Assembly (NCBI GenBank): GCA_020536535.1
Contig: JAHLWZ010000894.1
Span: 1-56,432, forward strand
DNA from: Pelomyxa schiedti
Taxonomy: Eukaryota > Protista > Evosea
Reading direction: 5' to 3'
DNA length: 56,432 nt
A model generated the notes under the pieces. The model saw nothing but the letters and a program-made list of their open reading frames with translations. It ran no database searches and was not told where the DNA came from. Both the position numbers and the translations under genes were made by a program. Of this stretch, positions 1-10,660 are shown piece after piece. Position 1 is the stretch's first letter. Every line of letters starts with the position of its first letter.

Positions 1-20
1 TGTGTGTTTTCTGGTAAACA

Positions 21-380
21 TTAAGTAAACACGAAAAGCAGAATGTGTAATACCAGTGTCGATTTCTGGGTTGGAAAAGTAATTCTGGTGGCAATTGTTG
101 TTGCAGCTGCGATTGTGGTTGCGATTTCAGTTGTGGTTGCGACTGTAAATGGGGCTGTGGCAGCGGTGGCAGCTGTGACTGTGGCGGTAGCTGCGCTGCG
201 ACTGCGACTGTGGCGGTGCTTCCCCTTTTGGCTTCCCATCTTCTTCAGCATTCCGTCGTCTCTGTCGTCACTTGTCAGTTCGCTGCCTGAGCTGGGGACC
301 CCCCAGAGTGCGTTTCCTCGCCACTCGCCCCCATCCCGCCTGCGGGTCAGCTGGGGCTTTGCGCCCGAGCCTTGCGCCAT
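21..380 (-). CDS. Possible exon of an A/T-rich low-complexity hypothetical protein running toward the left edge
   Basis: Open frame MLKKMGSQKGKHRHSRSRSAATAT... with no recognisable domain. Confidence 0.25.
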   Translation of the reverse strand: MAQGSGAKPQLTRRRDGGEWRGNALWGVPSSGSELTSDDRDDGMLKKMGSQKGKHRHSRSRSAATATVTAATAATAPFTVATTTEIATTIAAATTIATRITFPTQKSTLVLHILLFVFT

Positions 381-437
381 CGTTCCCTACCGGTGATGCT
401 GCCCCTTTTGGCTTCCCATCTTCTTCAGCATTCCGTC
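222..437. repeat. 36-bp perfect direct repeat, copies 180 bp apart
   Basis: ccccttttggcttcccatcttcttcagcattccgtc at 222-257 and 402-437. Confidence 0.95.
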
Positions 438-1159
438 ATGCATTGACAGGAACCCTTCTAAATCTATTGTCTACCTCGTGGTTCTCCCCCTTGGTTGTAT
501 GCAACATTGCCCATTTTTTTACCCTTTTTAATGGAAATTTAAAAAAGCAAAAACTGCTGCTGGCATTTTGTGAGTTTTTTTGGCCAATAAAGGACAAGAG
601 TCATTGAGACACTGAGAGAACACCATAGATGTGGGCTTACATCTGTACAATGCAATGTTCGTTGCAACCATATTGGGGGGTTTCCCAATGTTACCACGGA
701 GCAGAACCCATTTCTGTATCGATTTTTTTACTGGCCCAAACTTGTGGGATAAGAAAATTATTTGGCAGTGGCAGTGAAGCACAAGAGCCGTGCGCTGTAT
801 TGTATTCAAAATGGGTATCTGGGAAGGCACCAAAGTGTCTATGTGGTATACATTGCCCTTATTGTGGAGCACCACAAAATGGGCAGAGCAGAAACTAGGA
901 AGTAAATTGGTCTTATAATACAACAGTGGGGGATGTACAAAGATGACATAGTGTGAGTGGGGGGTAACGTTAATAACTGATGGTTGGCCTCTTTTGAGCT
1001 GCCCTGACTTGCCGATAATAATAATAAAAGAGATACCGAAAGTGCACTCCACAGTATCTCAAAGTCAGAGACTGCGGAGTATGCATCTACATGCCAATTA
1101 CATCACCAGACAGAGTAAATTAGACATACAAACACTGTGCCTGCATAGAAGCTGGCGCA

Positions 1160-1600
1160 CCCTTATTAAATCGGCGGTTTCCGGATCAGATCGGGTTTGC
1201 TTGTCATACATTGGAAAGTGAATGAGTTCCAAGACCCAAGCTTGGACTCCTGGATATTTAGTAGGGGAATCTGTGACCATTTTTCATGCTCTCTCCAAGT
1301 ACCTTGAAAAGTGGTGAAATGAACGTAAACGCCCACAAGGGAATATACATTCCCCCTGATCTCGTCATTTCGTCCTCCTGTACCTTTTTGCCAATACAAG
1401 GTTGATAAGGCACAACAATAAGCCAACAGCAAAGCACACACACTCAAGCACGCACTCACCCACGCACGCACCAGGCAGACAAACACAGTCACGCCCGAGG
1501 CGAGGGCCGCAGCCAGTGTCTCGGCGCGCGGGAACGCCCCCACAAGCACGCGCCCCGGCACCCAGTTAGTGTACCGGCTCGGGGTTGGTAACGGTGGTGG
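1160..1600 (-). pseudogene. Degenerate protein-tyrosine/dual-specificity phosphatase-like gene fragment
   Basis: Spliced translation YTNWVPGRVLVGAFPRAETLAAALASGVTVFVCL|VQEDEMTRSGG|MYLERA*KMV...LELIHFPMYDKQTRSD resembles the N-terminal half of PTP/DSP domains. It has an in-frame TGA (1284-1286), no in-frame ATG upstream and no HCxxGxxR motif downstream. Confidence 0.55.
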
Positions 1601-1916
1601 CCGCGGCGGCGGCAGTGGCGATGGCGGTGGCGGGCGGCGGCGTCGCTGCGCAGGTGGTCGCCGTTGTGGCCGACGCGCGCGGCCGGCGGCGCTTTGGTGG
1701 TAGTCGTGGAGGGCGAGGGCGGGGTGCTGGCGCCGCGGCGTGACGAGGAGCCTCGCCCCCCTCTGGGTGGCGGCTTCTTAATGAGACGATGATGCGGGGA
1801 GTGGTGTGGAAAAAAAAAAACTGCCGACTAGCCCATCTCATACCGTGACAACCAAAAGACCCCAAACAAACTGTTCTCGGTAGCTAGTGAGATAGACTTT
1901 AGATCGCGGGATTAGA

Positions 1917-3433
1917 ATGGCAAGAGATTCACCAAAGCTAAGCGCGACACCTTTGGCACCATTCCCCTGTGTAGCATTTATAAGATCTCCGTTTCAACGA
2001 GATCACAATGGTCGTTAAATTGGTTGAGTGTTGAATAAACTATTGTTGCGTTTGAGTTATTTGGTCTTGTGAAGGAAGAGCTAAGTCGCTATTACGAGCG
2101 TCGTGTAGCGTAAAACAATCAAAAAAAAAGATTTGGGCTAGATAGTACCGTGTGGGCACTTGCCTTTGGAATTGTACTCAGTAATACTATGGGAGTGAAC
2201 CTTCCAGAATTCTTGCAATTAGTGTCCACAAAGGCAGACTTCTTCATAAAGGTATACCCCTTCGATTGACAAGTAAGTAATTTTATACAAATCATTATTT
2301 TCAAATTCAAATTGTAATCAGTGTGGACTTGTTCTCATGGCTGTTGCATTTCAATCGCTTATTAAACTTGGCTTACCTGGTAATATCCCCCTTCCTATTT
2401 TTTTCTCATAAATAAAAAGGAATCGTTGTTAGTTGGCCTGTAACTATTGCAGTTATAGTCTTTACTTGGTTCATCTCCCGGATCCCGATTTTCCGTTCTG
2501 TTACTCCACAGCTGGGGATGTGTATGTCCTGTGGTTTGGTCCCAGATGTAAAACTTCACATAGTCAAATATTGTAGGAGTAGCTGTGTGTGGCAACAGTG
2601 CAGTTGTTGCCGTGGCCCCAGTTGTAAAAGCAAGCAAATCTGATATGACACTTGTTGTTTCTGTTCTCACGATTGGAAACATACCTTTAATGCTCTTTCT
2701 CCCGTAGACCCATTTCTTCCAAACTCCTTCACTAATCTTTGAAAGGTATTTCTGCAAGTGGGTAAAAATGTCTGAACCTGTAGCAGGTTCATGGCTTGGG
2801 GGCACACTTGATGCCACTTGGGCTGTTGTTGCCGCTGCCAAAGGTGTTGGTCCCACCAGCCTTGAAATTGGAAGCCTAGTGAAGATGATCCAAAACAGCA
2901 TCATTGGTACATTCTCTACGCATTACTCCCTCTCACCTTCATTTTCAGGGTGTGTCACAGTAGGTGTCTTTGTTTTTTGGATTTGGTCTGGCAGGGATAA
3001 TGAAGATAGCTCCAAGTCAGAAGGAAAACAAAAGGTCACACTATTTCAGCTCCTAAAGCGGCTCTGGACTGGATTTCCTAAATTCATCTTTGGGTTTCTA
3101 TTTGTTTCTGTTCTCATTTCATATGCAGAAGCCCCCATCTTGAGTGAGCTCCCCCCTTTTCCCCCAGTTTATTCTCACCTTCAAAAAGTGTACAACAACA
3201 CACTTGTGGCTTGGACAGTGAGCTCCCTCAAAGTGCTCAGTGGCTGGTTTTTTTTGTGCTCTTTCGTGGCGATTGGGATTAGCTGTGACATAAAGAAAAT
3301 CTTTGGACAACTGAAATCTGGTGGTCTCATTATGATATACCTACTGGGCTCACTTTTTGATTTTCTGTTGACCTTTGCTGTTGCATACCTAATGTTCTCT
3401 GGTTTGTTACTGCCTATTCCCGTTGTGGTGTGA
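1917..3433 (+). CDS. YeiH/UPF0324 (putative sulfate exporter, PSE family) multi-pass transporter, several introns; start uncertain
   Basis: Spliced: FGLDSTVWALAFGIVLSN...DFFIK|CGLVLMAV...LGLP|GIVVSW...MSC|GVAVCGNSAVVAVAPVVKA...LP|YFCKWVKMSEPVAGSWLGGTLDATWAVVAAA...VKMIQNSIIG...FPKFIFGF...WFFLCSFVAIG. These are YeiH-family motifs. Confidence 0.8.
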
Positions 3434-3492
3434 AAAAACGAAGGAAAAAAAAGCCAACTTCAAAACAAAAATCCCCATACCGCGAATGTTTG

Positions 3493-3507
3493 AAAAAAAT
3501 GACAACG
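3493..3507 (+). promoter_or_regulatory. Recurrent upstream motif AAAAAAATGACAACG
   Basis: Identical 15-mer at 22741-22755 and related copies at 29770-29790, all ~70-150 bp upstream of start codons. Confidence 0.45.
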
Positions 3508-3608
3508 CTACCTCCCTTTTTTTCTTTCTCGTCTTTCTCTTTTATCAGATCCCAATTTACGAAAATGATCTTGATTTCATTTTAAAATAAAACGACAACA
3601 GTCAGCAG

Positions 3609-5577
3609 ATGGACAGGCGAATAGCCGATGCGGAAGCCAACCTCAGAGCAGCCGAAAAATGGTTGGTGGTCGTTGGGTGTTCTTCTGTTTCTCGTCCCTG
3701 TTTTTTTCCTTCTTTTTTTTATGGGTACTCTTTTTTTTTAATTTACATCACAGCGAGGCCACAAGTTTATTTAAACGAAAACCAGACTACGAGGGGTCAG
3801 CAAGCTGCTACGAAAAAGCTGGTTGGCACCCAGACCCACAACAAATACAAAGATTGAATTATATGAAAATAAACTGTTCAAAGAGAACTAACTCTTCCCC
3901 TTTTTTGTTGCTTACAGCACTGAGCTTCAAGGCGGCCAAGGAGTGGCTGCGTGCTGCACAGGCATTTTCTAGATGCGCTGTTGCACAGTACAATTTCAAC
4001 ATGTATAAGACCACTTTGCATCCCACTTTCACTCACTTCTTTCAGGGTATTCTCTGCTGCACGTAACCTTGAACTGGCAGCAGCTGCGGCCAAAGACGGT
4101 GGTGATTTAAATGAGTGTGTTCGATATTATAACGTAAGTATTACAACTCAGATATTCAACTTACTCTAACTCTACTCAGGAATGTGCCAATTATTACCTT
4201 GAAAGTGGTCATTCAGACCATGCAGCAGATGCTATAGCAAAAGCTGCCAAGTATGTGAGGTCAAAATTTTGGCAAGAGAACTAAAATCTCTCAGGGTTCT
4301 AGAAACTGTCAACGTGGATAAATCTATAGCCCACTATAAGCGAGCAATAGACATTTTTGAAGAGGATGAAAAGGAAGCAAGTGCAACTCAAGTTTACAAA
4401 AATGCTGTTGCATGTGCTGCTAGAAATGCCAGGTCCCACTTATTTTTACGCTCAAAAAGAAAATCAACCACAATTCACACAGGTGCCAGGACGCTATTGA
4501 TTTACTTAGAAAACAATCTGCTTGCGCACAGAAATTGGAACGCCGGAGTGAAATACCGAAGATTGGTTTATGGTTGCCAAAAACTCACCTTTTGTGCTGT
4601 ACTTACACTTGCATAGTATGGTGATTGTTGAATTATACCGAGGGGACTTAGTTGCAGCTGATAGATGTTTTGAAGAAACTTGTGGGTGTGTGACGACTTT
4701 GCATGTAAAGTCATAAGTACGGCACTGATCAATTTTGGCTCAGGATATTCCCTGAGTTTGTTCGCTCTGAAGAAGGACGCTCAGGAGCAGAACTATTGGA
4801 TGCATACGAACATCAATCTGTAGAAACAATAGAAGCCATTGCTAAGCGGCAAGTGTTTACTTTCATAGAAAATGAGGTAATGAATCAAAGTGGATAAGCC
4901 ACGATTCAACATTAATCAAGGTAGCGAAACTTGCCAGAAAACTGAGACCTGGATTGGATTTTTCTACTCCCGATTCATTGCCTGTAAAACCCAGTACCTC
5001 GACAATGCCCACCGCAACTACATCGTCCACTAGAGTCACTTCTTCAGGGGTTTCCGATCGTGATTTGTTGTTTGCACCTTCTGGCAAAAAAACTTCCACT
5101 CCCACGCCGTCATCTTCACACAAGCCAGCACCCACTACAACCCCCACATCTGAAGTAGACACAGCAGCACGCGATTTGCTTTTTGCACCGTCAGGAAAGA
5201 AGAAAGAACCAGTTAAGGCTCCTTCACCCGCTCCTTCACCTCCTCCCCCAACCTCGGCCTTCTATACTTCCTCACCAACCCAACAACCTGATAAGCCAGC
5301 CAACACCGCGGCCTCCAATACGGCTGACCCATTTGGGGAGTTGCCGTCATCCAGCACTGCACCTCCATCAACCACAAAAGTACCCACAACCCCAGCAACA
5401 GGCACAAACGCAACCGCAACACCCACTGCAACCGCAAAGCCATTTGATCCCTTTGGCGAATTACCTGCAGTTGGCACCACCGCCTCGTCACTGCAGCCTC
5501 ACACCCCACCCGCCAACAATACAAACCCCTTTGCCGATGACAGTGACTTGCCGGACCAAGAGCCAGACCTCCTTTAA
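3609..5577 (+). CDS. NAPG: Gamma-SNAP (soluble NSF attachment protein gamma) with a long C-terminal extension
   Basis: Spliced: MDRRIADAEANLRAAEKCEATSLFKRKPDYEGSASCYEKA...FSAARNLELAA...YLESGHSDHAADAIAKAA...DLVAADRCF...SEEGRSGAELLDAYE...FTFIENE|VAKLARKL. Nine GT-AG introns. Confidence 0.9.
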
Positions 5578-5691
5578 CCCTTAGCTTAAAGGGTTATTAT
5601 CCTCAAACTCAGTAGGAAGCATGTGTTTATCACACCAAACTAAAACAAGTGTTTTTTAGTTTATGTTTACTGTGGTTGCTTTTGATTTTCT

Positions 5692-8600
5692 TTAGGGCCG
5701 TCTTTGAACAGGGAGCTGGCTTCTTGCTGAACAAAAGCCAAGGTTTCTACCACAGGAAGCTGGGGTGTGTCTGGTGATAGGTTCCTCATGGAAGGTATTA
5801 CTGCTGGAAGAGTGATTGTATGTGCTGTTTGTTGTTGACGTGGGTGTGGTGGAATGTGGCTCTGTTTCATCAGTGTCATACCCCACAATATCATCTTCTT
5901 CACTGAATCCGAATACACTGAACTCGTCATCAGGCTCTCCTAAAAGGTGCGCAGAGGTGGAGGTTGTGGTTGTGTCATTTGTGTCTGTGTGCTGTGGAGA
6001 GGGCGGCGATTGACCGCAACACTGCCCGGTATCACTAGAATGTGATTGTGCGAGTGCTTGGTGGTCACTGGTAGAAGAAATGGGGGAAGAAGCTGTTCTG
6101 CTGGAATGAGGAACATCATCACTTTGTTTTTTCCTATCAATCGCACTTTCTGCAAGTGCGGTTCTTATATGCGGAGAATCGTAAACTTGTACTAGGCTCG
6201 TGCACTGAGCTATACTGCTAACAACCTGCAAGGGATTGTTACTTTTCGGTTTCTTTAGTCTGCTTGCTCACCTTGGAACACTCTCCAACATATTCGCTCC
6301 GAAGAGTACCACAGTGGGCAAAAATATCCAACTCTATTTTTTCCCCAACACTTAGGATTTTCCACCTTGTTGATATTATTGCCATGAACATAAATGGAGT
6401 ACAATACATATCAAGTTCGGATCCCTTCAAATTCTGAATAAGTTCTTCCTTAATCTTCTTCACCCACTCAGTTCTGATCTATTGATGTGTGAGTAAATAT
6501 CATGTTGATATCTTCTTACATGATCACGGGGCGGCGGTGTGACAACAGTTGTTGGGCTGTCAGGCACAAGGGGAAGTGTTTTTTTGGGGGAAGCTCCAGC
6601 TGTTTTGGTATTGGGTGTGCACAACCTTTTGGAAGTGGGTGCAGTAGGGAGGCTGTGAGTCTCTATTGCTTTGGGACTTGGGGAAGCTTGTTGGGGTGTA
6701 GATTTGATTGCACGTGACTGGTTGGGCCTCTGTGGATTGAAGGAAAGCGGTTGTTGTACACAACTAGTTTTGGAAGTGGTGCTCGTGGTTTTCGGCTTAC
6801 TGATTCCTAGCTTTGTGTACAATTTCGAGGAGCCCCTAGAGTCAGCCGCTTTTGTGTTACGCAATTGTTAAGGTTGAGGTTCTTTATTTGATATTTAAAT
6901 TCGTTTGGCAAAGCTGTGCTTAGTACCTATTTCTTCTTGCTCTCGCTTTTCCAACTGTAACATTTGCCTGGCTGTCATTATCACAGGGGGTGGTTTATCG
7001 TATTCATCGTCGTCACACCATGCCGCTGGCCGTTTGCTCCCCGCCTTTGCGGAGCTCTCGTCACTGTCAGAGTTGGTCTCATGATAGTATTCATCAGGAT
7101 CAACCAGTCCATCTTCGTCATAGTAGTGTTTAGATTTAGGTCGGTTGGTGTCACCTTGTACCCTGGTTTTTGCTGCTGGTTAAGTAAGAAAACGCAATTA
7201 AGAAGGCAAACGAGTAGGATGAATGATGTGCTGCAGTAGTGTGCCCATTCAAAATTGACTGAATGCTCTTTGAGACCGCTTGTTTGTCTTGGCATACGTC
7301 ACATGTTCCAGAACACAGACCCCTTGGCGGAATCTCATTGAAGTACTTCAGAAGAGTTTCTCTTCTAGAGGGAAAGGTAATTTTATAAATAGGTAAAGGA
7401 GAATTACCTGCAAAGAGGCTTAAGACAAAACTCGGTCAGCTAGGGTAGAAAGTTAGATGAAATAGTGTATCTGGAAGTAGAGCAACCTTTTCGAATGCCT
7501 TTACAGCATTTGCCTGTAGCTGAGGGGAGATACCAGGTGTCTCTTTATTGAGGAGAAATAACTGGGTCTTGTGGTCTTGAACAGAGTAATACAGAAGACT
7601 GATGCTCGCGTTTCCATCTTCCAAGAGTAAAATACATATGGCACATAACAACATACCCCTTCCTGCACGACCACTTTCTTGATAGAATGATTCGAGATTT
7701 TTCGGCAAATTCAAGTGAATTACATATCTAGGGTAATGATTACTACTCCAATCACCTCAAGTTAGATGGATGAGTACCTCACGTCTGCTTTATCAATCCC
7801 CATCCCAAAAGCTAAAGATAAAATGTGGATGTATTGTAAAGAGGTTACGCTACCGTTAGGTACCTATGGTCGCAACAACGACTTTGGTGACGCCAGTGGC
7901 CCACTTGGTTAAAACATCACTCCGTCTTTCGTTATCCAATCCAGCATGGTATGCTACGCAACCTTAGGTTTTAAACAGTTGATATCTCTACCTGCTGCTG
8001 ATGCACCATGTCGGTTGAGCAGAGTGGCAACTAGTGTACAATCTTCACGCTTTGTACAGTATATGATACCAGATTGTCCAGGTCTTTTTAGGACAAATTC
8101 CCTTTTCGTTGGTTTGTATTTGACTCACTGAGACGTATTGGAGCATACAATGCATTCTCTTCAGGTGCGTGGGCCAGAAGATCAGAATATCTTACGTAAT
8201 ATCTTGGCATTATTGAGAAACGAGGATAAACAAGAACTCCTAACGAAATGTTTGGTCTGTTGAAACTGGCTTGGTATATAAACGGGTTTCGAAGCTTCAG
8301 CTGTGAGCCTATGTCGTCTAGGACTCTATTATACCGTTACCATTTATTGTTGTGTAGAGATGTCACCTTTTGGTTGCTGTGGCTGTTAGTGCCTGTGAGA
8401 GTATGAGTGGCTCATCACAAAAAGTGTGAGCATAACCATTATTGGAACACTTGGGTACTTGGTTTTCAGTACATCAAGACTTCTATATTTTGTCCGGAAG
8501 TCATGCCCCCATGTACTATTGAGTGCGTCACAAAAATGCAGTCAAGTGGTCAAAAGTACCTGATACAGTGTGCCTGAGGCACACAGAAACATGTCAGTGG

Positions 8601-9583
8601 GTTGGACATTGTTAATTGAATGAAAATAAACCTCATCAACTGCAAATAAAGAAACAAGGTCTCCATCATATAATCTGGACAAAATTGATTGAAATTTAGT
8701 CGTGGCAACCATCTCAGGTGTGACATACTGAAGAAAAAACAATTTAGATGAAATTTAAGTATATGGGACATACAAGAATTTTAAGAGTGGGCTTTGGTTT
8801 TAAAAGATTGGCTTCCACAACTTTGCGTTCACTACTCGAGAGAGATGAATTGAGCATAAATGCATTTATCTTGAGAGCCTGGAGTGCAGACACTTGGTTT
8901 TCCTGTGGAAAATAAGGTTCGAATTTACAACAATCATACCATCAGAGCTGCCAGGATAGAAAAAAAAAGGATAGGCTAAGTCAGTAGGGGTACAAAAAGA
9001 CAAGTAGTGAAGTTTAAAAAGAAAAAAAAAACCAATCAGAGGGGAAATGACAAAAGATATTCCGCGAGATAGCACTGCAGTAAGCTGATAGCACAAACTC
9101 TTCCCAGCGCCTGTGGGCATCACCTTCCAATAATAAGGTTCCACAAAACGACTACTCGTAAACAAAAAAAAAAAAACCACCCAACAAATATCAAAATTTC
9201 GATACACTCACAAAACAGCATAAGCCCAAGCAATTCTAATTCAAGAAACAAATACATACAGCCATGACGTCACGCCTTTCAACGAGGCAGGCATTAATTA
9301 CCTGCCTCTGCCCCTCACGCAGAGACTCCTTCCCAAAAACGTTCCTCAGGCATTCATCGATCCTTTGTGCCCACGTTGGACCTTCATCGTCGTAGTCGGG
9401 GGTGCTGCTAGTAGTTGTCGACGCCGAGGTGCACGTGGTTGCCATTGTGGGAGCAGACAGCTTGGGAGTGGACCCATAAGTCGGCGACGAAGCACTGGTA
9501 CTATTGGGGAGTCTGTTCTCAGGTTGGGACTTGGGCACCAGCGGTCGCCCCCCTGTTACATTCAACGTGCAGTACCTCTTCAT
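5692..9583 (-). CDS. RECQL5: RecQ-family ATP-dependent DNA helicase, RecQ5-like; more than 15 introns; start at 9583 or 9445
   Basis: [32 protein letters not shown]|AHCIS|[55 protein letters not shown], Zn-binding CRR..YF..C...CDVC and a KIX-like segment near the C-terminus. Confidence 0.9.
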
Positions 9584-9761
9584 TACCCAGGATTTGGATC
9601 TGCTAATGTTCTTGAGCGGGACTCTCAGTCTCAAGCAGCTGAAAGAGTGAGCTTCTGTTCACAAGACCACGCTGTGTGGTTTTGGGGAAAGGCTGGGACG
9701 CTTCAGTAGATGATGGGAGGCTCACATTGATGTGATCAAAACGGTTTTCTTCCACGGAACA

Positions 9762-10454
9762 ATGGCCAGTGAAACGGCGCCTCTGTTGGGTTCTGCTGAA
9801 GTGAGCTTTACCATCCCATAATTCGTTGTCCCTACGCCACACTATTCGTGTCGCTCAACAACCCAGGCACCTGCATCAGACTACGCCTCGGTGGCCATTA
9901 ATGGCACGCCCCCAATAACCCCCACGAACGTGGGGGCATCCCATAGTTACGACGCCGACTGCTCTGCCATCCCAGTTATGCAGTCCGCCACTGCTACTAC
10001 TACGACTACTACTACCACTAGTACAAGTAGAAATACGTTCTCGATTCCTCGTTGGAATGAACACCAGGCTGTAGTGGATGATGAATCAGTTCGCAGGCCG
10101 TTGCTTGTCAAATCGCCACGTGCTTCAAGAATGGCGTGCACCGAAAGAGCCAAGGTCAGAGCTGCCAAATTAAGTCTGTTTTTCCCTTCCAAAGCTATTA
10201 TATTATATACTTTTAAGAGTAGAATTAGTATTATGATAATGAGTGAGAGGCTCTCCCTCTTACAGCAAGGTTATGGGAAAAACAAACACAAAACAGCACC
10301 ACTGATACTTGAAGCCCACCCGTACCTAAAATACGACCTTCCTGACATTGCACCGCTGGAGCCACCCAAACCACACAGCACCCTTGATGAAAGCAAGTAT
10401 GAACCGCAGCCATTATGGGTGTTTTGTTGTTGTGCCAGTTCAACGCTTGTGTAG
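9762..10454 (+). CDS. Small hypothetical protein (2 introns) with dileucine motifs and a C-terminal CCC
   Basis: MASETAPLLGSAE|APASDYASVAINGTPP...RAK|QGYGKNK...PLWVFCCCASSTLV*. Plausible GT-AG introns. Confidence 0.55.
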
Positions 10455-10660
10455 CACCAACCCACACTGTATGTAAGTAATCATTGATTCAAACAAATAA
10501 AAAAATCCACTATAGTGGGGGTAACTCGCCCTCAACAACAGAAGATTCCAAAGACAATTCAAAGCAGGCCGGCCCACCACTTTCCGTTTCCGAAAAATCA
10601 ACTTTCGTCGTTTCAGTGGCCAGATCAAAAAAAGAAAAACAACTTTCGGGTTCTTTGGGG

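Noticed and set aside
6850-6930. Apparent in-frame TAA in the RecQ C-terminal region
   Set aside because: A longer intron ending at cacaaaag, with a ccttaac branch-like site, removes it.
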